Shown here piece by piece: positions 28,696 through 37,035 of a stretch of 64,000 bases of DNA (positions within the stretch are counted from its first letter, which is position 1; every line of letters begins with the position of its first letter). Made by a program: the position numbers and the translations under genes. Source of the stretch: a virus; IMG/VR virus record IMGVR_UViG_3300012984_000001, positions 11,695 through 75,694 of that record, one strand, 5' to 3'. The notes under the pieces are model-generated. The model had not been told where the DNA came from, made no database searches, and was given only the letters and a program-made list of their open reading frames with translations.

Positions 28696-28726
28696 CAATA
28701 TTACGTCAATAATTTGTGACTTGCAA
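28696..28726 (-). promoter_or_regulatory. Class A promoter (TTG-N20-TAATATTG with TGACG)
   Basis: TGACGTAATATTG core shared with 34763-34775 (+) and 62917-62929 (-); identical 20-nt spacing to TTG. Confidence 0.7.
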
Positions 28727-28779
28727 CAATTTTTGTAATTATTTTTAATATTTATTCGATATTAAACGTTTGTTGTCGG

Positions 28780-29840
28780 ATACGGAAACCAAAACCCAGC
28801 AAAACCATGCATTCACGAAAACACGCATAAATGAATAAAAATCACTAAATAGAGAATCAAACATTATACATTGGTCCAAAATCAGTTTATAACGCGGACC
28901 AAACAACCAAACTCTATACATATAAAGATGCTCATATATAGAAATAACCAGATAGATATACATATGATTGCAACAATTCCAGGAATCACCAATCAGAAAC
29001 AACCAAAACACATCGAATTGAATAGATCACATATAAGACATTAAAACATAACCCGACAATAAAAACACCGCAACCAAAATAATCATTAACCCTGCGCCAA
29101 ACAATCGCCCAAACTAAACAAGTAAGAAAGCTCAATTATATACTAAGAAACACAGAGGGAATTATGACCAATTTTCACACAACTATAAACCTATCGCATA
29201 ACTAGGGTAATAGGTCAGTCTCTACTCGATACCAACGTAGTGTTGACACGGGATTACGTGAAATGAGAATCGTAATTTAGTGTTGATTCTGGAAATTAGT
29301 TTATAAACTCGGAGTAATTAAGAGTATGAAATACGTAATTGATTGTAAATCAGTCATGTAATATTAGTTTATGCTAATCATGCTAAGATTAACTTTGAGT
29401 TGAATAGAGTTAGTTTTAGCCACAATTCTAGTTTAGTTTATGTATTGAACCCAATCAGAGCAAGGGAAGCCGATTTCAAACGATTCGGAAAAGCAAAACC
29501 AAAAAGAAGACCCGCCCCCTCGAGAAAAAGTGTTTTCGGTGGCGCGCCAGGCCCCGCCAGTCGAAGGGGAGTCTCCACGCCCTACTTGCCTAACTACTTT
29601 CTGGAGTACCTGTAAATGCTGAGGTACGTCGGAGTTTGGGTGGAATGTTCTGGGTTAGTTTTGGCGGGATTCAGTGGTTATTAATCCTCTGGAGGGCATT
29701 CTGTGTAGGTGTGGTAGTTTTTGTTGATTACAAGGCTTTATTTGACTTCGAACGGTTTTTGGCGTTTATATATTAGTAGTTTTTATAAGTGTTATATGAA
29801 ATAATATTATAAATATGTTGTGAGATAATATTTAATGTAT
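28780..29840. other. Long non-coding strand-switch region (candidate origin / packaging or terminus region)
   Basis: No credible ORF. A/C-rich left part, GC-rich palindromic core ~29470-29585, G/T-rich right part; lies between divergent operons. Confidence 0.5.
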
Positions 29841-29863
29841 TACATTTGTTTAAAATTAATCAC

Positions 29864-30256
29864 ATGAAAGATAGTAAAAGGAGTAGATTATATATCTACG
29901 GGGAGAAAACGGAGGTTCTGACCATTCAGGTTCCGGGTTCTAAGAAAGAAGAAATCAGGGGCAAGTTTTATGAATTGTTGAAAGGGTATGAAAATCCAGC
30001 AAAGTTGTCATTAAACAATGAACCTTCGGATAAAAAAGTCATATCTGATATTGTCGAAGAGCAAAAAGATAATTCAGAGCAGTGTTTTGGGGTTGCTATT
30101 TCGGCTCTTCCTAAAGACAAGAAGCAGATTTCGGTCGGATTGTACTCTTCGGGAGGCAAATTTTACACCAATAAGATTGTTTCTAATCAATTGGTTATTT
30201 TAGAATGGGGCGACTTGGACTCGGCTAAATTGTACTTAGACAACTTGAAAAAGTAG
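29864..30256 (+). CDS. Hypothetical protein, possible N-terminal ribbon-helix-helix
   Basis: First rightward gene, after TACATTTG (29841-29848); EVLTIQVPGSKKEEIR pattern. Confidence 0.6.
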   Translation: MKDSKRSRLYIYGEKTEVLTIQVPGSKKEEIRGKFYELLKGYENPAKLSLNNEPSDKKVISDIVEEQKDNSEQCFGVAISALPKDKKQISVGLYSSGGKFYTNKIVSNQLVILEWGDLDSAKLYLDNLKK

Positions 30257-30258
30257 CC

Positions 30259-30882
30259 ATGGTCGGAATTTATAAAATAACAAATCCGATCGGTCAGATT
30301 TATATTGGCCAGAGCAAGGATATTGAAGCGAGGTTTATGCAACATAAAACCGGAGTCGCTTCAAAAAAGGATGATTTGCTTAAAAAATCATTTGTTACGT
30401 ACGGAGTCGAAAGTCACATATTTGAAGCGATTAACTACTGTTATGAGGAAAATCTTTTGGAATACGAAAGGTATTGGCAGGAAAGATACGATGCTATCGG
30501 GCCGAATGGGCTAAATATGGAACTCACAAAAACTGATGATAAGCCTAGAGTGCTTAGGAATAAACATGTCATGGAGGGCAAAATGTGGACTTCCGGTTCG
30601 AAAATCACGCCTTTGCAGGTTTTGGCTATTCGAAGACTCAACAGAATGAATCCAAATTTTAAGAAAAGCAAAGTTGCAAAGAAGTTAGGAGTTGCACATT
30701 CGGCTATATCATTTATTGTGAACAACAAAACTTGGATAGATTTACAGCTTAATAAACCAATTGATATTGAAAAATACGGAAATATATGGGCTAAAAAACC
30801 AAAAACGTGCGACCATGACTATTCGTACACTGGTTTTTCTTTTAAATGTAAAAAATGTAATGACTATTTTTATTCTTATTAA
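30259..30882 (+). CDS. GIY-YIG endonuclease with C-terminal HTH
   Basis: VGIYKIT...IYIGQS...RF..H. Confidence 0.85.
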   Translation: MVGIYKITNPIGQIYIGQSKDIEARFMQHKTGVASKKDDLLKKSFVTYGVESHIFEAINYCYEENLLEYERYWQERYDAIGPNGLNMELTKTDDKPRVLRNKHVMEGKMWTSGSKITPLQVLAIRRLNRMNPNFKKSKVAKKLGVAHSAISFIVNNKTWIDLQLNKPIDIEKYGNIWAKKPKTCDHDYSYTGFSFKCKKCNDYFYSY

Positions 30883-31132
30883 CCCCTAAAAACTAAAAAA
30901 AATGACAAAACAAAATAGTAACAATAAAAAATTAGGTTATGGAATGTAATCATATATTAAAAACACTTTATCAATATAGAAATCCGGAAGGTAAATTGTG
31001 CCAAACTACGAAATGTATTGTTTGCGGATTAATAAGAACTGAAAGGTATATTCTAACACCAAGACTGCATGTATAACCAAAAACCACGAGATTATCGCAA
31101 TATCTCACATTATTAACTAAAAACTAAAAGGG

Positions 31133-31360
31133 ATGAAAACGTATAAAAAAGGAGATAAAATTGTAATGAACTTTCATTGTGCAGGAGTTGTAAGTCAAGA
31201 AACTTTAAAAGTTATAAAGTTTGAAAATGATGTGATTTATACTAATGAAACTTTTGATAATGAAACAGGAGAAGAAAATCGTAAATTTTGTTCTAAAACT
31301 GGGAAATGCTTAAACGATAGCAATTATTTTGGGGCATGGAGAACTATAGACATAAACTAA
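31133..31360 (+). CDS. Hypothetical protein
   Basis: 75-aa ORF. Confidence 0.55.
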   Translation: MKTYKKGDKIVMNFHCAGVVSQETLKVIKFENDVIYTNETFDNETGEENRKFCSKTGKCLNDSNYFGAWRTIDIN

Positions 31361-31377
31361 CCCTTAAACCACATAAC

Positions 31378-31770
31378 ATGACTAAACAAGAAAAAATAAA
31401 AGAGGCTTATGGTGAATATTACGAACACTTCAAACCGTATTTACAAGAAAATGGCGAATTAGCATTAAGTAATATTGATTCTGAATTATGGGAAATTGTC
31501 GACGAATTAGATTTTGTAAGTTTTAGAAATGGATACAGTACTTTGAAATCCTTACAAGGCATAGAAGACAACAACGGTTGGATTAAAATTGAAAGTGAAG
31601 AGGATTTGCCTAAAAATGTCATAGATTGCTGGTTTAAAACTGATTCAGATTATATACTTTTAGGCTATTTTTCTACACGTAATTTTTTTGTAAATGATGG
31701 TAATGATGTAGAATTAAGATTTGTAACCCACTACCAACCAATAGAAAAACCACAACCGCCGATTTACTAA
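31378..31770 (+). CDS. DUF551-like phage protein
   Basis: GWIKIESEEDLP...VTHYQPIEKPQPP; likely start at 31378. Confidence 0.7.
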   Translation: MTKQEKIKEAYGEYYEHFKPYLQENGELALSNIDSELWEIVDELDFVSFRNGYSTLKSLQGIEDNNGWIKIESEEDLPKNVIDCWFKTDSDYILLGYFSTRNFFVNDGNDVELRFVTHYQPIEKPQPPIY

Positions 31771-32370
31771 CCAACTTGTAAGGAATACTTGCAAGTTAAA
31801 AAAAATGAAAAAATAAAGGATAACCTGCACTGTATGGTGTTTATTAAATAACTGAAAATTATGAGTAAAGAAATCGGGAATTTCTGGGAATGCAATAAGG
31901 AAATAGAAGTAAATATATGCTGTAATCAATATGATTGTGGCTGTCAAGGATTGCCAACAGAGCCACCATTTTGCAGTAACGAATGTTATGAAAAGTGGAT
32001 GAGCGAAAGAGTTTAAAATAACATATTAATATAATTAAAACAAAATATGAAAACACTATTCAAACTAATTCAAAACTTCTTTTACGGAACCAAAAGCAAT
32101 ATTGCTCCTAAAGAAACTAAATGGTAGAAATGACTGTTATTCTCCGTTTTTGGCGCGACATGCCGAAAGAGGAAAAGCAAGAAATGAAAACAAAGTACGA
32201 AATCCGAACCATAACGTATTCGGATATACAGTTAATTTATAAATCAGAGAAAAAATGAGAGATTTTTTAAATGCAATGCACGACTATCCAGACGAAAGTG
32301 CGACTATTCTAGCCACATTTGTAGTTGTAGTTTGGCTGATTATAATGTATAAATTATATAACGACAAACT

Positions 32371-32583
32371 ATGAAATCAAAGCAATCACCATTAGCCAGA
32401 ATAAACAGAGTTATGACTTTCTACAAAAATCGTGGAATAAACTCGGAACGCGTAAATAAGGTTTACAGAAACATACTTTCAACCAAAACAATAGTTGATA
32501 CTCCAAAGGGAAAATGCTGGTTTGACGTAAAATCATGGCAGAACGAAAAAAAATTTATGGATGAAAAAATGAATGGAAAATAA
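32371..32583 (+). CDS. Hypothetical protein
   Basis: 70-aa ORF. Confidence 0.55.
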   Translation: MKSKQSPLARINRVMTFYKNRGINSERVNKVYRNILSTKTIVDTPKGKCWFDVKSWQNEKKFMDEKMNGK

Positions 32584-32586
32584 ATT

Positions 32587-34155
32587 ATGAAATTAAAAGT
32601 AGGAACAGATTTTTCAGGAGTCGGAAGCTTTGACCAAGCTCTTCAAAGGATAGGGGTTGATTATGAAACAGTTTTCGCGTGCGACATGGACAAATACGCA
32701 AGACATACATATCTCCTAAACTTTGGAACTGATGCCGACATGGAACTTCTGAAAACCAAAGAAGTAAAAAAGATTGATGATATTTACTACCGCGGACTCG
32801 TGAACACAAAACTAAAACCTCCGACAGAAGAAGAATGGCAGTTTGTGAAGGATAATGAGGAGAGAGTGGCACGCTTATTCAGTTTTTACTATCCGTGGAA
32901 TGTGTACAGCAGAGTTATTCCGGAGGAAAGTTTGGATGTTTCTGTACACACATGCCCATGCCAGGCGTTTTCGCTGGCCGGCAAAAGAAAAGGAGAAGAA
33001 GACAGAAGAGGAATCCTATTTTACAATTCACACGAGTTCATAGCCAAAAACTTGCCAAAATCCTTCATATTCGAGAATGTAAAAGGACTTTTGAGTGATG
33101 ATAAAGGAAAAACTTTCGGAAGATGGATTGATTTGCTTGGTGGAAAATCAGTGAATGGACAGCCAGTTTTGATGCCTCACGTAGAATCTGTTCCGTATCA
33201 TATTTATTACAAAGTATTGAATGCAAAGGAACACGGTGTTCCTCAAAATCGTGAAAGAATTTTTATTATTGGAATCCGTGATGATGAAGATGATATTTTT
33301 AGTTTCCCAAATCCTATTCCACTAGAAAAACGTTTAAAAGATGTTTTGGAAAAACCGGAAGATTTTGAAAGTTTTGAGGTCTATAGCGAATACATGGAAA
33401 AGTATTTTTTAAGTGAAAATATGATAGAATGTTTGTTAGCAACAAACATAAAACACGAAGCAAAAGGAAACGGGTTTAAATTTGAATGTAAAAGTTTTAA
33501 TGATATTGCAAATTCAGTAACAACGAAAGCAGGGCAAAGAGGAACAGACAATTTTATTTCAGAAGAAATAATACAACTAAATGACCCTATTCATTCAAAC
33601 GATAGAGTTTATTCAGAAGAAGGAATTTCGCCAACGCTAAACACAATGCAGGGAGGCAATCGACAGCCTTTTGTTCAAGTTTCAGATGAATACAAAATAC
33701 TTGGATATACCCGAGATTCAAAAGGAAAAGTTGTTTCAAGACATGAAAAAGAGTTTGCAGGAACTATAACTACATCTTCTGGGGGTGGAGGAAGTACGGA
33801 CCAATTCATAGTAATAAATTCAAACACTAAAAAAGGTTTTGAAACTGCAGAAGAAGAAGAAGAAGATTCTATAAACTTTTCAGTTCCGACCTCAAAAACA
33901 AGACGTGGCCGAGTAGGAAAACAAGTTTCGCAGACTTTAGATACTCAATGCAATCAAGGCATTTATACGAGAAAAAGAATCCGTCGATTAACAGAAAGAG
34001 AGTGCTTCAATCTTATGGACTTCAACAAAGATATTCCAGGTGTTCCAGATTTCAAATGGGAAGTTTCTTCAACTCAGGCTTACAAACAAGCTGGTAATTC
34101 TGTAGTAGTGAAGCATTTCGTCGATTTAATAGAAAATTTAGGTCTTAAAAAGTAA
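32587..34155 (+). CDS. DNA (cytosine-5) methyltransferase
   Basis: FSGVG motif I, PCQAFS motif IV, FENV, PQNRERIF, YKQAGNS motif X. Confidence 0.95.
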   Translation: MKLKVGTDFSGVGSFDQALQRIGVDYETVFACDMDKYARHTYLLNFGTDADMELLKTKEVKKIDDIYYRGLVNTKLKPPTEEEWQFVKDNEERVARLFSFYYPWNVYSRVIPEESLDVSVHTCPCQAFSLAGKRKGEEDRRGILFYNSHEFIAKNLPKSFIFENVKGLLSDDKGKTFGRWIDLLGGKSVNGQPVLMPHVESVPYHIYYKVLNAKEHGVPQNRERIFIIGIRDDEDDIFSFPNPIPLEKRLKDVLEKPEDFESFEVYSEYMEKYFLSENMIECLLATNIKHEAKGNGFKFECKSFNDIANSVTTKAGQRGTDNFISEEIIQLNDPIHSNDRVYSEEGISPTLNTMQGGNRQPFVQVSDEYKILGYTRDSKGKVVSRHEKEFAGTITTSSGGGGSTDQFIVINSNTKKGFETAEEEEEDSINFSVPTSKTRRGRVGKQVSQTLDTQCNQGIYTRKRIRRLTERECFNLMDFNKDIPGVPDFKWEVSSTQAYKQAGNSVVVKHFVDLIENLGLKK

Positions 34156-34158
34156 AAT

Positions 34159-34425
34159 ATGAACAGAGATAAAGTAGCATTCCATGAATGGAGAGCGTTC
34201 AAAAAGCATTTCGGAATAAAAAATTCTGATATTGCCTTGGTTTTAGGCATTGACCGAAAGTCGGTCCAAAATGCAACAGCTCCATCATTTAAAGGTCATT
34301 TTCCTGCATGGGCTAAACTCGCTATTTGGGTTTGGAAGAAAACATCGGATAGTGAAACTCTGCTAAAAGCCGAAATAGTAAAATTAAAACAACAAATTAG
34401 TCAATATGATAGTAAAAACAATTAA
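34159..34425 (+). CDS. HTH-like protein
   Basis: NSDIALVLGIDRKSVQN. Confidence 0.6.
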   Translation: MNRDKVAFHEWRAFKKHFGIKNSDIALVLGIDRKSVQNATAPSFKGHFPAWAKLAIWVWKKTSDSETLLKAEIVKLKQQISQYDSKNN

Positions 34426-34732
34426 AATTCCGATTTATTGTGGAGAACTAACAATAATTCTCGATAAAGATTTAAAATATGTCGAGAAAAAATACAAAAC
34501 TACTTCATTGGAAAATTTTGGAGCAGTTACTTTAAAAGATAAGTCTAAATATAGACATTATGTTGTGGCTTTTTCAGACAGAAATCACTTAAGTAATATT
34601 GCACACGAAATAGTACACATTAAAAATCATATTTTCTTGGATTGTGCAATGGAATTAGACAGATATAATGATGAACCAGAAGCTTATTTAACAGGATGGT
34701 TATTCGATCAAATACATAATGTAATAAAATAA
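34406..34732 (+). CDS. Small HExxH metallopeptidase-like protein
   Basis: IAHEIVH...DEPEAYL. Confidence 0.7.
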   Translation: MIVKTIKIPIYCGELTIILDKDLKYVEKKYKTTSLENFGAVTLKDKSKYRHYVVAFSDRNHLSNIAHEIVHIKNHIFLDCAMELDRYNDEPEAYLTGWLFDQIHNVIK

Positions 34733-34744
34733 TTTACAATTTAC

Positions 34745-34775
34745 TTGCATAATTAAATATTATGACGTAATATTG
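34745..34775 (+). promoter_or_regulatory. Class A promoter driving the RNA operon
   Basis: TTG-N20-TAATATTG, core TGACGTAATATTG at 34763-34775. Confidence 0.7.
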
Positions 34776-34780
34776 TCTTA

Positions 34781-34965
34781 TTAATACTTGTCAAAATAAT
34801 AACAGCAACAAAGACGGTGAAATCCCGCATACAGTGATCGGCATAATGCTGTGCAAAAGTAAATTGTCGTGAGTAATTCCAAGATTACGATGTTTGTTTT
34901 TGAATCGGAGCGTAAAGAACATAGGAACCACTCCCGATTGCAACTTGGAAATGCAGAAGTATTGA
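34781..34965 (+). ncRNA. Unassigned multi-stem RNA with kissing loops
   Basis: Closing helix 34781-89/34957-65, internal hairpins, loop-loop pair TTCCAAG (34877-83)/CTTGGAA (34944-50). Confidence 0.55.
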
Positions 34966-34969
34966 TGTT

Positions 34970-35054
34970 AGATTTGTGGCTGAGCGATTGAAAGCAGTTG
35001 CGGGAAACGTGACGGGAAGTAGCTACCCCGAGGGTTCGAATCCCTCCAAATCTT
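34970..35054 (+). tRNA. Atypical class II (Ser-like) tRNA-like RNA, nominal anticodon GAA
   Basis: Acceptor AGATTTG/CAAATCT, T arm GAGGG-TTCGAAT-CCCTC, 16-nt variable arm; anticodon loop GGGAAAC lacks U33. Confidence 0.65.
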
Positions 35055-35055
35055 C

Positions 35056-35167
35056 GAGGTTATGTTTAGATGTTGTTAACGAGCCTTACAATTCGTAGTC
35101 CAACATAGTAGTTTAAAGCGGTCATCTACTTAAAATAATGACGAAAGTGTGAGTTAAGGCGTTCCTC
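35056..35167 (+). ncRNA. Unassigned pseudoknotted RNA between the two tRNAs
   Basis: GAGG/CCTC, ATGTTG/CAACAT, ACGAG/TTCGT, GTCAT/ATGAC; crossing pairs GCCTTA/TAAGGC and AGTAG/CTACT. Confidence 0.45.
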
Positions 35168-35205
35168 ATAGTGTAAAGTACTTATCAGCCAAATCTTTAC
35201 AAAAC

Positions 35206-35278
35206 TTCCACATAGCTCAGTCGGTAGAGCAAATGACTCATAATCATTAGGTCACAGGTTCAATCCCTGTTGTGGAAA
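35206..35278 (+). tRNA. tRNA with CAT anticodon (elongator Met or Ile2)
   Basis: Canonical cloverleaf TTCCACA/TGTGGAA, GCTC/GAGC, AATGA-CTCATAA-TCATT, ACAGG-TTCAATC-CCTGT; no initiator GGG/CCC; CCA not encoded. Confidence 0.92.
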
Positions 35279-35279
35279 C

Positions 35280-35577
35280 AATTAAGTTGTTAAGTTCTTT
35301 AATTTTTTGTTTGGACGGGAGTTCGACTCTCCCCGACTCCACGAATCGAGTCCGTGTAAAGTGTTCGATGGTTTGGCACACCGATATACAAAGTGCTATT
35401 TTTGGGGTCGCCTGGTTTTGACAGCAAAGCGAATTAGAAGAAATAGACTTAATTAAAAATAACTGCAAAAGTTATAAACCTTTTTGGAAACGAAGCAAAA
35501 CTTGCTGCGTAATCAACGAAATTTGTGATAGCGAAAATATCACTAAACAGCCGGAGGAGATTACTTCAAATCCGGTT
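35280..35577 (+). ncRNA. ssrA: Circularly permuted (two-piece) tmRNA
   Basis: Acceptor piece 35280-35341 (T arm GGGAG-TTCGACT-CTCCC, CGACTCC-A) precedes the 5' end GGGGTCG-CCTGGTTTTGAC at 35404; G3:U70 present; tag ORF 35465-35512 AKVINLFGNEAKLAA*. 3' end of the coding piece uncertain. Confidence 0.88.
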
Positions 35578-35606
35578 TAATTAAAAACAAAAAAACTACC
35601 AAAACT

Positions 35607-35807
35607 ATGAGTAAAACTTATTACAAATGTGAGGAATGCGGAAATAGTTTTCCGGAAGACAAATTAGTTATGACAGAAAAACTCGAACTAAACTGTTTGG
35701 AATGCATTGAAGAAGCCAAAAAGGACAAACGAATTCGAAACATGACTCTTTTGATGTGTGCTATAATTGCGGGTGCTCTTTTTTGGTTAATCTATAAATT
35801 TGTTTGA
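35607..35807 (+). CDS. Zn-ribbon membrane protein
   Basis: CxxC...CxxC plus C-terminal TM helix. Confidence 0.6.
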   Translation: MSKTYYKCEECGNSFPEDKLVMTEKLELNCLECIEEAKKDKRIRNMTLLMCAIIAGALFWLIYKFV

Positions 35808-35960
35808 AATCATGAAAAAACATAAAGAATATTTTTATGGAATCGGAATTTTCGCTCTCCATGTTTTATTTGGAATCGCTACAAAAGAAATTTGGATTTT
35901 CTCTATAAGCGGATTTTCGTTGGCGGTTATCACTACTTATGTACTTTGTAAATTAAAATA

Positions 35961-36284
35961 ATGGTAGAAAGACGAATAAGAAAAGACGGAACATTAGACT
36001 TTATTGTAAAAGCAAAAAATGGTCATATAGTTTTTTATGGTGAACACGCTTATACAGAAATAGCAAGAGAAAACGGAATAATGTCTATGAGAATTAGCTG
36101 TAAAAAGGATGAATCTTATGATATGAAAGAGTCAGATAATGGTAAACTATATTTCAATTTAAAAGCATATAATGGACATATTATAGGACACAGTCCAATG
36201 TATGAAAGCATTTCTGCAAGAGAAAATGGAGTTCAATCATTAAAAATAAATTCAGCTAATGATTTAAATTATTTTGAATATTAA
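35961..36284 (+). CDS. YegP/DUF1508 family protein
   Basis: Two repeats of F.LKA.NG.I...S..Y......NG..S. Confidence 0.85.
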   Translation: MVERRIRKDGTLDFIVKAKNGHIVFYGEHAYTEIARENGIMSMRISCKKDESYDMKESDNGKLYFNLKAYNGHIIGHSPMYESISARENGVQSLKINSANDLNYFEY

Positions 36285-36300
36285 ATAAATATAAATATAT

Positions 36301-36606
36301 ATGATGCGTTTAGATATTATCGGACATTTGGGTGCCGATGCAGAAATAAAAGATTTTAGCAGTAATCAAGTAATAAACTTTACAGTTGCTGTTTCAGAAA
36401 CTTTTACTAGAAACAATGAAAAAGTAACCGAAACCACTTGGTTTGAATGCCAAAAATGGGGAAATAATACTCAGATTGCACAGCATTTGAAAAAAGGAGG
36501 CCAAGTTTACGTAACTGGAAAGCCAAATAATCGAAGTTATATTAATAATGAAGGAAATGCAGTTGTGGTAAATGGGATTAATGTAATGCAAATACAACTA
36601 TTATAA
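36301..36606 (+). CDS. ssb: Single-stranded DNA-binding protein (OB fold only, no acidic tail)
   Basis: IIGHLGADAE...FTVAVSE...TTWF...LKKGGQVYVTG; stops right after the OB fold. Confidence 0.9.
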   Translation: MMRLDIIGHLGADAEIKDFSSNQVINFTVAVSETFTRNNEKVTETTWFECQKWGNNTQIAQHLKKGGQVYVTGKPNNRSYINNEGNAVVVNGINVMQIQLL

Positions 36607-36616
36607 AATAATAAAA

Positions 36617-36811
36617 ATGGACCCAAAGAAACTCATAAGCTATAGGCATGTGTCGGAAGTTTTAACCGGAAACAAGCAAACTGTTCGAGCGGACCGCCCA
36701 AACGCAACACATTCTGTTGCTATAGGCGAACTTCTTGACTTTGTTGAAAAATGGATAGAGAAAAACTCAATATCTAAAGAAGCAAAAATTACAATCAAAA
36801 CCAAGTCTTAA
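36617..36811 (+). CDS. Hypothetical protein
   Basis: 64-aa ORF. Confidence 0.55.
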   Translation: MDPKKLISYRHVSEVLTGNKQTVRADRPNATHSVAIGELLDFVEKWIEKNSISKEAKITIKTKS

Positions 36812-36822
36812 TATTTTGACCT

Positions 36823-37035
36823 ATGGGTAAGAATAAGTCCAAAAAACAGTTGAGACAGGAAAAGCGAGACAAGAAAATAACTATTGTGTTCTGCGCTGAG
36901 AACTCATTGAGACAGATAGTTTCAGTACTTCGTTTTTACAACAACAGTGTTCTTTGGACTAAAAGCAAGTATGATTGGACATTACCCGAATGGAATGAAT
37001 ATTTTGAACTTAAAAATAAAATAAATAATGCTTGA
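36823..37035 (+). CDS. Hypothetical protein
   Basis: 70-aa ORF. Confidence 0.55.
   Translation: MGKNKSKKQLRQEKRDKKITIVFCAENSLRQIVSVLRFYNNSVLWTKSKYDWTLPEWNEYFELKNKINNA

Noticed and set aside
28745-29615. ORFs 28745-29011 (-) and 29400-29615 (+)
   Set aside because: Atypical composition arising from strand skew and the GC island; no A-rich initiation context.
34810-34960. Cobalamin riboswitch
   Set aside because: It has a GGTGAAATCC-like hairpin and kissing loops but lacks the GGGAA and B12-box consensus, and no downstream CDS is regulated.
35056-35167. Theta/HDV-like, hammerhead or twister ribozyme call
   Set aside because: No CUGANGA core, no HDV L3/J4-2 consensus with correct spacing, and twister core incomplete; kept only as an unassigned structured RNA.
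35311-35425. tmRNA fragments as an attP/integration scar
   Set aside because: Both ends, a complementary helix 2 and an intact tag frame are present within 230 nt; a scar would keep only one end.
35247-35468. 73-aa - strand ORF
   Set aside because: It is the antisense shadow of the tRNA/tmRNA (VESGRVELPS, TGIEPVT are typical reverse-translated T arms).
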